Notes under the pieces: generated by a model
Database searches by the model: none
What the model was told of the DNA's origin: nothing
Seen by the model: the letters and a program-made list of their open reading frames with translations, nothing else
In this document: positions 1-11,934 of the stretch, piece after piece
Layout: every line of letters starts with the position of its first letter
How positions within the stretch are numbered: the first letter of the stretch is position 1
DNA from: Chlorokybus atmophyticus
Taxonomy: Eukaryota > Plantae > Mesostigma and Chlorokybus algae
Assembly (NCBI GenBank): GCA_009103225.1
Contig: RHPI01000026.1
Coordinates: 62,001 to 126,000 of the forward strand
Direction of reading: 5' to 3'
DNA: 64,000 nt
Translations under genes and position numbers: made by a program

Positions 1-1625
1 TGCCTGCCCACTCGCCCTCGAGCTCTCCCGCTGACATGATGACCGGTTCAACGCCGAGAGCCTTGAAGATCAGCTCACATTGAAACGATTTTCCCTGGCC
101 CTTAGCACCCCAGACTCCTAAGCAATAGATCATGCTTAGGCTTTGGACGGCTGCTATCCAGCAGGATACAACACAGACTATCCAATAAGGAGATGCATAC
201 CATCCCTGTCTCTGACATGTGCACTTACCCAGTATAAGTGGCACGCCCACATTTGTCTCTTTGGGCAAAATGTAGTTCTTCATGATGTGCATGACTACAA
301 CAACAGCAAGGCATGTTAGCAACCGCTTGGTGAAGTCCTCAATTACTTCACTTCGTTTTCAAAGACCCCAATATGCATGGAGACTGCTAGGTGCTTGTGC
401 TGCTCTGAGGGCAAGAGGCGTTCACGCACGGCTCAAATCAAGTTGACAACATCGGGGCGTTTTTTCCACTCACCAACTTTTTCCTACACCAAACCAACGA
501 GTATACAACATAGTCAGCACCACGCTGAGTTGTTGTTGATTTCTATTCTGACATGTGCACAACAATGCTGTACAGTCAACATCCGTAACAACCAACCACA
601 CCTACCAGCAAAGCTGGCGCGATATAGTAATCGCCTTGCAAGTGGTTGAACTCTCGTGTCACCTTCTGACGGTATTTGAACACAATGTCCGCTATAATAT
701 CAAGTCAGCTTGCTGGGTGCTTAGCTGGCAACAGTGCATATCCAAGTTAACTCGAGTGCATGAAGGGGGCTCACCGTCTTTGCCAAGGAAGTCCCCTATG
801 AACACATCATCAATGACACCTTGCTTGGCGCCGACAGCAATGTTCATGTTTTCCGACTCTTTTCCCTGCTCGCATTGACCATAGCGTCAAGTGCACAGCA
901 AGGATACGGGATGACCGTGACGACAGTCAACATGTTTCCACAGTTCTGCACAGCGCGTGCTGAGTTCATTGACTGAATGCGAGGTAACTGTGACTGCCCA
1001 AACACTGGCTTGAGAGTACATTTGCTTGCGAAAGCCTCCACTACGTCATTGACCCAGAGATTCAAGACCCTTAAAGCCACCCAAGATGGTGGATCGCATT
1101 GTACAGACACTGTACGTTAGTTGATCGTTGCTGTACTCTACACTGTGACGAGCTGCTCTTTCATGCGAAAGCACTCCAAGTCTGTGCCATGCGCGAACTG
1201 CCCCTCTCAGCAATGTGCCTCTTGCATACAGCAATGTCCGTGCGTTCAGCATACCAGCCAATGCACTCATTGCGCAGCTTGCATTAAGATTATAACATGA
1301 TAAGACAGCATAAACGCACCAGCTTGACAAGGTAGTCGTTGCCCTCGGAGTCAACAGCCTCCCATGAGGATTGCTTCGACAGCCGCTTCTGGTTGCTGTT
1401 GCTGCTGCTGCTCGCTGCGCCTGAAGTGCCTGGGTTCTGTTCCTGCCTTTGCGCAGCAACCCTGCGTGTGCTGGGCCTGGCAGCAGCAGTGCCCCGCCCC
1501 CGGCCACGCCCACTACTCCTGCTGCTGGTGGGTTTCTTGCTGAACTCAAGAGCCTTGGGCCACAGAGTTCTCGAAGTCATCCCCACACCTTCCCCCACCG
1601 ACATTGTCACCGCCGCCGCCGCCAT
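1..1625 (-). CDS. Rubisco activase-like AAA+ ATPase (At1g73110-type), plastid-targeted; 3' part runs off the window start
   Basis: Spliced translation: transit-like MAAAAVTMSV..., DYLVKL|GKESENMNIAVGAKQGVIDDVFIGDFLGKD|ADIVFKYRQKVTREFNHLQGDYYIAPALL|EKV|VMHIMKNYILPKETNVGVPLILG|VWGAKGQGKSFQCELIFKALGVEPVIMSAGELEGEWAG. This has the activase Walker A and the SAGELE motif; introns are GT-AG and in phase. Confidence 0.92.
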
Positions 1626-2950
1626 CGCCGCTACAGCACGCCACTGCGGCAAATACTCACAGCTCGGACACAGCAGCAATGCCACTTCGGTGCCATGCCA
1701 GTTAGCTACGAGTCGATAGGCTTACTGGTACGCACCTAAGTCAGTAAGTGGCACTGGCAGTAAGTGGCTCACTGAGTGCGACTCTGGCATTACATGCACG
1801 GTAGTACCATAATGTAGCATTAAGCAAAACGTCATGACGTTCAATTCGCATGTTGTAATCCAGTCGCAAACAAGTTCTTTGCAAGTGAATACTCTGACAT
1901 GGCCGCGATGAGATCAAATCCAGAGACAAGGCTTAGCTTCACAAGTACATTGCGATTTTATAGTAGTTCTTCCGAAAAACATATTCTATAATTTTTATAT
2001 AAAGCATATGCATGCGAGTTCAGATTCATCCGTGTAGATGACTCTATTGCGCGATCTCGTGTGAATATGTGATGAGTCTCAGTAAATTGGAAGATTGTAC
2101 AATATGTGTACTTTGCCCTAATTCGATTTAACCATCAACTCGTGTAACACATTGTACGACGTCTTGAATCACAATGCATGTTACATACACGCATTGAAAC
2201 ACAACGCATGTTGAGTACATTCATCAATATGCATTGTCTCAAGTTGATGCATTACAATTGATTCATACAGTAATTGTGCACTCTTTCAAATATAGTGTAG
2301 CTTCAAAGCTGCAAACGATATATACACACATATCATGACGACTATTGCATTAGGTACACTTGTCGTTGCTTCTTGTCCGCAGCATAATAGCATGCCCTAA
2401 GGCTCGAGCCTACATCAATGCCATGATGTTACATCAAGGTATTTAATTAAATATAGTTCAAAAATATGGTATGCGGGTGAGTGAACAATGAAGCACAACA
2501 CGCGCCATAACCAAACACATAAACTGGATATCATCAATTGACAATAATTCAAACGAAGAATGCACATATCCAGTGTAAAAGTATGCGTGCATACATCATT
2601 GTAAGCTCAAGGCAAATTGTCATTTGCACAATGCGGAACGCTACGCAAAAGCCTGTAACAGATGCCTCATGCATATGCTGACATCAGCATCCTGCAACTA
2701 TCATTTACAGCATGAGCAATGGCTGAGCCATGCAATGAGCACGCTCGTCGCATGCATGATGCAGCAAGTTGCTGCGCACTGCGAGCAAAGCTGGCCGAAC
2801 AGCAGCAGGGCATTTGCAGTTGGCAACGGTTTGCGCAATGTGCGACAAAAGCAGCGCAGCACACGGATAGACTGCCACTGGCAAACAGCTGCTGCCGCGG
2901 CGGCGGCGGCGGTGGGTGGCGGTGGCGGAGAATTGCAGGCCGGAGCGGAC

Positions 2951-5900
2951 ATGGAGCAGGAGGAGTCTCTGCCCCTGTTTGATGCTCTAGATGCGGGCAC
3001 CACCGCCGGGGATGACTTCCTTACAGAACCCCCCGATGGTGAGAGAGCGCAGCGGCTGCTTTTTTGCATGATGGAAACAGTTCAGCTTATGTATGATGGT
3101 GGCTGACTTGGTGGCTTCGAGCAGATCATGGTGGTGTTTCGCGTAATCAAGCCATAATGCAACTGAATGACGACGAGGATGCCGGTGCTGAAGAGGAATG
3201 GTGCGTAGAATTCGCCACACCACATGCTTGTAGCAGACTTACACTAAGCGAGGATGCTGCTTTCTATCACTCGGAGTGGCATGCAAGTTTGAATTCCTAC
3301 AGCATGCACACAGTGCACGCTTCTGTGTGCATCTAACTGTTTGCACTGCTGTGTTGTGTCCTCTGCTCACAGTCAAGTGAGAATGGCACGATTTGTTTAG
3401 ATCAAAGCACGATCTGAACGAATTGTGCCATTTTCTAACCAGGACAATGCGAAAACGAGTCCACTTGTGCATTTCACTGCGTGTACTGCTTCAAAGCTAC
3501 GTCTTCACCTGAATAACACACTCTGTCAATTCATGATAGGAACGTTAAGCATATTATCTCTTCATAGTGGATTGGTGCATTGATAGCACTGCACCACGGT
3601 CATGGAAGGTGATCAAGGGTGGTCATAATAGCGTGTCTGCTTCGAAAATAAATCGGAAAGAACCTTAGCAACCTGCATTCCGTCTGCCAGGTTGTATTCT
3701 CCAGTAGATAGCCTTTCACCACGCAGCAGCAGCAGCCATGGCGACAAGAGCGCGTTGAAACGCGTGCCTGGTTTGGTGAAACCTCCCTCACAGGTGTGAA
3801 GCTCGTGCTTGGATGCTGACAACTTTGACCTGCTTCAAGCAATCCTGCGATATGTATGGACATTGGTTGGTGCCTCTCACATGCAGCATGCTGCACTGGA
3901 CCTTGGTAAAGCAGGCAGGCCGATGCGTGCCTCAGATAAAGAGGGATGCAATGGCACATGCGGCTGGTGTGCATGTAATTTAACATTGACCACTCCATTT
4001 ATACACAGGTCACTCCGCAAAGCGACACTAAGCGGGCGCGAACAAACACCACTGCTCCACTCCCACAAGCGTCCAAGTCGGGAGATTTTACGCGGAAACG
4101 GAGCAATACCTCAGCCACCTCAACACCGCCATTGTATGCATCAAAGTCCCAGATCATCGGTGCTTCTCCACCGCTGCCGGTGGCTTCAAGGTCTCTGAAG
4201 AAACTCCCGAGCAGTGGTGGAGCTGACACCAATGGCAAAAAGTCCAAGGACAAACGCCGCGGCTGGTTCCCTTCTCGACGGACTTCATCATCTGCAACAG
4301 ATGCTTCAACTGCACCGCAAGCGCTTATGCAGTTTGGTGCGGCTCCTGTCAACACACAGTCGCCAGAGTCAGACACTGGTTTGAGCCAGCTCAAGGCAGT
4401 TGATGCTGCTGGCAGCGAGGACACTTCATGGCTCACAGGGTCGCGTGACAGCCTTGATGTCAAAAGCCCAGACATGGCAGCGAGGCCGTCATCAAAGATG
4501 ATGAGGGCGTCAATTGACTTCCCTGCCTTGTTGTCGTCTGCTGAGAGGCAATCCCCCGGTCAGATGGCATTGTCGCCAAGCCCCCTGACATCACCCACAA
4601 AAGCCAGGGCCCAGCTTTCTGGGCATTCGGAGTTTGAGGACTTTGTTATTCATGAAGATGGAGAGTACACAGCTGCGCCTATTCCTGTGTCAGTACCTGT
4701 TGGCGCCATAAGTTCAATCACTGGATCTCTGCGTGTGCCAACCACCATTGCTGAGCAACCGGAAGAGAGTGATGTCACCGTGGCATCTGCCAGTAAAATG
4801 GAACAACAGCCTTTTCTCGCCAACACGGAAGCAGCAACTCCAGCATCATCAGCTGTAACAGACGTGGACCCGGTCTTTGCGTCCTCCTCGACGCAAGTTA
4901 CCCGCGTGGAAGATGCTGCTGTTGACAACAGCATTGTTACATCAGCCTCTAGGGATACAAACAATGGAACGATTGAACCTTTGTCTCAAGCGCGTCATCC
5001 CAACATGGCACTGTTGTCCGTTCCTATCACATCTGAACCTGCGCCAGAGAGTCCGTCAACAGCTGCGCTGGCGCAAAATCTGCAGTCACATGCCACAGAT
5101 CTCTCTGACGACGAGTGGGAAGATGCACAGGTATGGCATTCGCTTACATAGTTGCACATGCCTGATAGCATCTCAGCATATGTACTTGCACAGGAGACCG
5201 GCCACTTGGCTTCACTCACGGCATCTCCTGCACAACCTGCGGGTAAGTGGCATACAATGTGCGTGGGTCTCAAGCTTGTGTGTTTCATGGTATGTTGTAC
5301 AGTGCTGTTGCAAAGTCACCACTTATATCAATGTGGGCACTGCCAAGCCGTGCAACATTGAGGTTCCTCTTTATAGCGTAAACGTGAAGCACAGCATTGA
5401 TCAGTGTCAAGCTTGTGTTGCTCAGCATCTGGTTATTGCTGAAGGCTATGTGTGTATTTGTGCATCAGGCGTGGGAAGGCCACAGCCAGCAAGTCTTTCA
5501 GTCGTGCCCCTTTCACCTATGGTTTCGCCCACAACACCACTGTTTCATACGCCGCGAGGTGCACTTGATGATGACCAGCGGAGTTCTCAGCTACCACAGA
5601 ACGTTGCACAGTCATCATCACTTCCTGTGCCTGCACTAGCAACCAGCACAAGGCTTCTGGCTGCCTTTGACGCTGCAGGCAGCAGCACTGTGCCATCCGA
5701 TGGAGCAGACCCCCTTGACTCAATTCCGATAAGCACCACTTCTCCAAGTACCATGCATACCAGGCCAGAGGCAGCACCCGCCGTAGTACAGCCTTTTGCT
5801 TCAAGTGCCGTGTCTGGCAGTGTCTCACCTCAGGAGGTGCGACTGGCATCCATCGACATGCCATCTCGAGCCAGTGTGCCGGCTGCCACAACCTCACCCG

Positions 5901-8900
5901 TACCCAAGCCACACCTGTCCCCGTTCTCGCTCTCAGTCCTCAATGCATCGAATGGCCTGAGTCTACCAGTGCCAGCGTTGTCAAAATCAGGTCCCTTTGT
6001 GGCTTCACAGTTAACCAGGCAGGTTGCGCAAGATGGCATTCAGCCCCTCGTACAGAACATACCTGGCGCAGCAGGCCTTGGACATGAACAGGTGGCAATG
6101 TCGGCGCTGGAGCAACACACTGATCTGGAACAGGAGATTGCCAGTAAGGCGTCACCAATTACGGCTCCAAGCATGTCCAGTCATCACCACTCGACCATCA
6201 ACGGTGCGCAACACAACAGTAAGCCATCTGTACAGGATGTACCAAGTCTTTCAGCTCTAGGAGCTTCAGGAACTGAACACGCGGCAGTTCGTGAGCAAAT
6301 GCCCGAGCCAAGCGGCGCATTGCAACAGGAGATCACCAGTGCCATCTGCACGACGGCAGCCATTGACACAATCGCTACTGACAACTCGTCTTTTGCGGGC
6401 CTACGTGTTGAGCAGCAGCCGGCAGAGTTGCAGGTTGCGTCCATAGCACAGGCCGACAACAACTGGGCGCCTCTATCGCAGGCTGCAAGTGACCAAATCG
6501 CTCCGCCTGCTCAAGTTGTTACTTCAGCGGAGCCCCATGCTGGGTCGGAGGAGCAGAACGCAGGTGAAGCTATGGCATCTTCGGCACCTGACGTGTCCAG
6601 CAATGTAGTCAAGGAGACCTCCCTTGCGGTTGGGCAGGAACCACATATCCGGAACTTGTCCTTGTCACAAGTTGGCCCTGAAGCATCACCATTTGGCAAG
6701 ATGATGGATGCCAGCACCAATGAGTCGAGCAGTCTGGAGCAGCATGGTGAGACACAGTATCTGGATACACATCAGCCAGTAATGGCTTCTTCTCGTGACA
6801 TGCCCGTCAGTATGACCGAGGCGTTGCCCAGCCCACAGCCTATCACTGCTTCTCTTGGCGAGGAAAGAGTCCATACAGATGTGATTCCGACATCTACCCA
6901 TGTTGGAGTCTCTGATGTAATGTCAGAGATTGACACTCAAGCAGAGCCAATACTGGTTGCTTCTCATGACACTCCCGGCATGGCGGTCCAGGGGTCGCCC
7001 ACCCCACAGGCAATCATTGGTTCTCTTGACCAGAAAGGAGTTGACACAGATGTGATTTCGACATCTACCTATGTTGGAAAGTCTAGTGTTGCAATGTCTC
7101 AAATCAACAATCCATTTGAGCCAGTGATGGTTGCCTCGCATTACATCCCCGTCAGCACAATGGTGGAGGCGTCGCCCAGCCCACAGCCAAGCAGTGGTTT
7201 TCTTGATCGGGAAGGAGTTCATGCAGCCATGATTCAGACATCTACCCACATTGGAATGTCTGATGTTGCTGTGTCGGATATCGACACTCCACTCAATATG
7301 CCGCTTGCATCTGGGAACCAAACCAAGCCAGCAGCAGAGCTTGCGGTTGATCAGCCTAGTGAACCAATGCATAATGACTTTACAGAGGCGACTAGCCCAA
7401 GCTCGTTGGCTGAAGTTCAAACTGTCAGTAACGAGAAAACGCCAGAAGTTGATGCGGGCCTTCTGCATGATGGTTCATCTGCAACGGTTCAAACTGCGGA
7501 ACCCGAAGCAGTGGACGTCAGCATCCCTGAGCAACCAAATAATCAGGCCGATGATGCGGTATGTGTTTGATATACATCTGTACTTTGATTTTTGCTTGGC
7601 AGAGTCATTCTTGGCATGATGTTTGGTATCTGACGGTGAAAGATTATGGTGTGTTGCAGACATCACAGCGTGCCTTCGAAACCGTTGCAGCAGGGCTTGC
7701 GGTTGATCATCCTAGTAAATCCATGCATAATGAGTTTGCAAAGGCGACTCACCCAAGCACGTTGGCTGAAGCCAAGACTGTTGATAATGCAAACACGCCA
7801 GAAGTTAATGCAGGCCTTTTGCATGATGGTTCATCTGCAACGGTTCAAGCTGTGCAACCCCATTCCATGGACCTGATGCCTTCAGAACCCAAAGCAGGGG
7901 ACTTCAGCATCCCCCAGCAACCAAATCATCAGGCCGATGATGCGGTATGTGATTGATAAACATCTGTACATTGAATTTGCAGCGTTACTCTTGGCGTAGT
8001 GTCAGCATCTGATGGTGACAAATTGTGGTGTTGCAGACATCACAGCGTGCCTTCGACACCGTTGCAAGCCCTCCAGCTGAGGATAAGCCCTCTCCTCGTA
8101 CCACTTCACCAAGGGGGATCACTGGCATGCTGGCCGGCGCCATTGGCTTTGTGTCTGCGCCTTTGTTCTCAGCTGCCAAGAGCTTAGTAGGTGCTGTCAG
8201 CCCTGGCATACAGAGTGCTTCCGAAACGGCCAGTCAACAGCCTGCATCGCCATCATTGCAAGAAGCCACTGTCGAAGGCGCAGTGATTGGGACTGCAGGC
8301 AAAGAACTCAGTGAGGTACACGTGCCGACACCAACAGATGCGGTTGCTGCGCTGCCTGCGGAGGACTTTCATCAGACAAAGTTGGAGACAACAGCCCCTG
8401 TTTCTAGAGAGTACGGCGGGGACTTGGTTGAGTTGCCTGCCACATTGGCGCAAGAGCAAGTTGGGGTTGACAGCAGCATGCTGCAACCTATTGCACCTGT
8501 GCCAGAGATTGCCTTTGACCAGCCTGCACCCTACAGGGATACAGACGGTCACATGGTACCAGATTTGCATGCATATGCTGTTGAAGGTGAACAGACAGCA
8601 TCTTCCTCATTCGGCAATGGCGAAGCGGATGAGCGATCTTCACAAAAGACCATGGAGGACTTTAAGACAGCAACTGCACCAGTCTCGTTGTCAGCTCAAA
8701 GTGCAGAGACTACTGAAGGTGTCGCTGCCAGTCAACCTGTAGAACAGCAGGGTGCTCTGGACATGCGCACGTTCACAGTCAGTGCAGAAGGCCAGTTGAT
8801 GCCGTCTCTGAGGCAGCCAGCTGAGCGCCTTGAGGCGGTTGTTGGAGATGTGCTTGCGGCCGATGAGCGTGTTCCTGCGAGCACAGAAGGCGCTAAGCCA

Positions 8901-10778
8901 GAAAGCCTCGTGACGCTCTCACCTGCAGAGGGTGTCGAAGCACCGAGGCTGGCAAAGTTTCCTGAAGCCGTTCAAGTTCTGCAAGAGGATGCGCACGGTG
9001 CACAGGTGCAGCCGCTGCTGGCGCAAGCATCTTTGGCAACTGCTGGTATGGTTGCACCTGAAGTACCATCCGCAAGCAAAGTTGATGTCCCTGCTTGGGC
9101 GCACAGTGCACACGTGCAGCCGGAGCTAAACCAAGCATCTACGGCAACTGCTGGTATAGTTGCACCTGAAATGCTATCCGCAAGCAAGGTTGAGGTTCCT
9201 GCTTGGGCGCAAGGTGCTCAGGTGCAGACGGAACTAGAGCAAGCATCCACGGCAACTGCTGGTATAGTCGCACCTGACTTACCCGCAAACAAAGTTGAGA
9301 TTCCGACTTGGGCGCATGAGCAGCAGATCCAAGTGGCTCCACTGCAGACCGTCTTCCTCAGTTCTGTTCCTGCTGATGCAACACCTGTGCAACTGCCACT
9401 GCCAGTATCAGCTAACACAAATGGTGTTAGAGCAACAGATATTGGTGCTGTTGCTGCGGCAGTGCAGTACTCTGGTGATGTACAGACACGCCTAGGCGCA
9501 GTATCTAACGCGGCATTGGGCAACAGTTCGAGGGAAACCGCTGATGCTGCACACCCTGCTGCTGCGGAACCGACAGCAGCGCAGTCTGAGGCAGTCGCTC
9601 TTGCAGGTGCTGGCGTAGCTGAAAACCAACCTGTTCAGCCAGGAGAACACGTTGTTCTTGTGTTCCCTCCATCGGCACAACCACTCACTGGTGAGCACTC
9701 AAGGCAGATGGCGTACTTCAGGGCCACTACGTTGACAGAACGTCCAGTACACGAGACCTCCCCGACCCAGGCGGGCCCACCTGGGGCAGTGGGTCAGTTG
9801 AGGAAGAGATTCTTGCATTCTGATACAGCACCGACAAAGATCACGCCCGCGGCTGAAGCCCAAGCTGCAGTTGACCAGCTGTTTGACTGGGATTCAGAGC
9901 GGCAGCCTGAGACCAATGACGCTGCTGATGATCCCCCCGATACCAATCAGGCTGATGTAGACTTTGGCGGCAAGCCGTGGCCCAGTGCCGAAGAAGAGGC
10001 CGCTGCAGAGGAAAGAGAGCCGTACAAGAAGCCGGCAGTGAAGTTCAGGCTGCCTACCATGACCACGCGCAAGGAGCTGTTGTGGGAGCGGCAAGCAGCG
10101 CATGCACCTCGGCCCGCTGTACACCTAGCACCCGGGAGCAAGCTACGCCCCGCAGAGCCTGGCTCCCCATCAGGTGATGCTGACAATACTGCAGAGCAGC
10201 TGTCACCACCACTTGATCGCGTTGCGCCATACGATGCACCCTCACCAGATATGGCTGAGGAGACGCCATCTCAGATGACATCACCAACCGAGGACATTTT
10301 ATCCACGACAGCACAGCTGCCAGCGAGCACTGCAGCGACGCATGCAGACCCACTTGATGTTGTTACTCCAACCCTTGCTGCGCAAGCGCAGGGTGCAAAA
10401 CCAACTACTGATGTAGAAGAACGGGTGCCTGAGTCGCCAAGGTCTCGCTCGGCCCCCATGGTGGATGAAGCAAGACAATCGCATCCTGCACCAGTGGGTC
10501 TTTTCAAGCGACCCAGCTCACCGTTGAGGCCCAAAGCAGACGGGTTGCCATCAGTGTACAGCGAAATGGAAAGCAGCTTGCCCGCTGTGCAGCCCCCAAC
10601 AGTGTTACCGCAAGCACTGGCAGCTGCCGTGCCGAGCAGCGAGCAAGCGGGCACTGCGAGCGCAACTCCGCAATATCCAGCCGTGTTGAACGTGTCAACT
10701 GCCAGCGCCAGTATGAACGTGCAGGGTGCACCTGCTGTGAAGCAGAAGAAGGGGTGCCAGTGCTGTGTTGTCATGTAG
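2951..10778 (+). CDS. Giant (2,184 aa) Ser/Ala/Pro/Glu/Thr-rich low-complexity protein with C-terminal CaaX (KQKKGCQCCVVM); function unknown
   Basis: Eight exons (2951-3038, 3125-3200, 3691-3793, 4009-5130, 5194-5242, 5469-7558, 7660-7944, 8037-10778), all GT-AG. Phases are consistent and lengths sum to 6555 nt. The model joins ORFs 4132-5151, 4877-7570, 7561-7956 and 8025-10778. Confidence 0.8.
6770..7291 (+). repeat. Three diverged in-frame ~58-aa repeats (PVMxxS.D.P......PSPQ....SL....V.TD.I.TST.VG.S.V.MS.ID)
   Basis: Visible at both the DNA and protein level, period about 171-177 nt. Confidence 0.85.
7339..8066 (+). repeat. Tandem segmental duplication (~350-375 bp unit) covering an exon end, a whole intron and the next exon start
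   Basis: Both copies read gcttgcggttgatca...catgatggttcatctgcaacggttcaa...aggccgatgatgcg|gtatgt...gtgttgcag|acatcacagcgtgccttcga. Confidence 0.92.
8997..9317 (+). repeat. Three in-frame 35-36-aa repeats (AQVQxELxQASTATAGIVAPExxSASKVEVPAWA)
   Basis: Period of about 108 nt within ORF 8025-10778. Confidence 0.9.
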
Positions 10779-11934
10779 ATACCCGCACAATACAATGCAG
10801 TTTTGGTATGCATTTATCGGCTGTCATGTTGCTGCCACTTGTGTGTTGTGTCATCAACGGCTGGGACTTCTGGCCATTATTGCCGTGATTAGCAAGGCAA
10901 CCCTTATTGCTAGTTTTGAACACAAGGGGCAACAGTTTCTCACGAGCCTCAAATAATTACCACATACAGACCGCACTGTGCCCATTGCTCAAGCAAGGTG
11001 CCTCAAGTAGGGTGCCACAATGCTTGTGCTCAGCACAGACAGTAACATAAGCAGTCAACAACACAGCACAGACGACAGCACACACATCGCAGACACTAGC
11101 ACATTCACACAATAACACATGCACACATGCAGGAACTTGCACGCGCGCAGCACTGCAGGCATGCACACACGTGTACGCCTCCACTCGTACGCTACCACAA
11201 CTACACCCAAGGGCTGGCTATGGGGACTAGCTATGCGCAATGTAATGCATGACAGGCAGGAGCAACACCAGGCAGGTGATGTGGGACTTATGCGAGCAAA
11301 GTGTCCCCTATCAGTATAGGAGAAAATAGCAGAGAGCTGAGCTATGCGAGGGTTGCAGCAGCTGCAGCTGATAATGACAGCGACGATGATAACGACCACA
11401 AGGGGAGCACTCGAATTCGCATGTTCATGCGCATGAGTGGCACAGCCATTGATGACCTGCAAGTAATTACTTGCAGGTCATGCAGGTCATCAATGCCTGA
11501 CATGTGCACTGCCTGCAGCAGAGTGCACTAGCAATTGATGTATGCACTGGTGCCATTTGTGTTGGTACATTTGCACAAGTGCAAACTACACCCTGCTGAT
11601 GTAATCTAATCCTGTTGCACCTTGCAACTCTGTCAAAAGTGCTGTCAAGCCGCAAACTACACCATCCACGACCAGGCCAAAGCTTGCAGACAAACGGCAT
11701 GCACAAGCACAACTACCGCAGTATGATACTGCAGGAAATTTCACGTAGAAGCTGTGCACAGAAACTCGCACGCTATGATGCATGCAAAACATTAGTGGGT
11801 GAAGTGATCGCAGTGGGTGAAGTGATCGCATACAAGCACACGCTTGTGTATTGCCCTGAGGCTATGCCAATCGTATAATTATCACATAGGGCATATGTAT
11901 AGTATACTAAAATAGCTGTTTGACTACACTGCGC

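Noticed and set aside
4877-5468. N-terminal part of the 897-aa ORF
   Set aside because: It crosses two introns and exons read in another frame; only 5469-7558 is the real exon.
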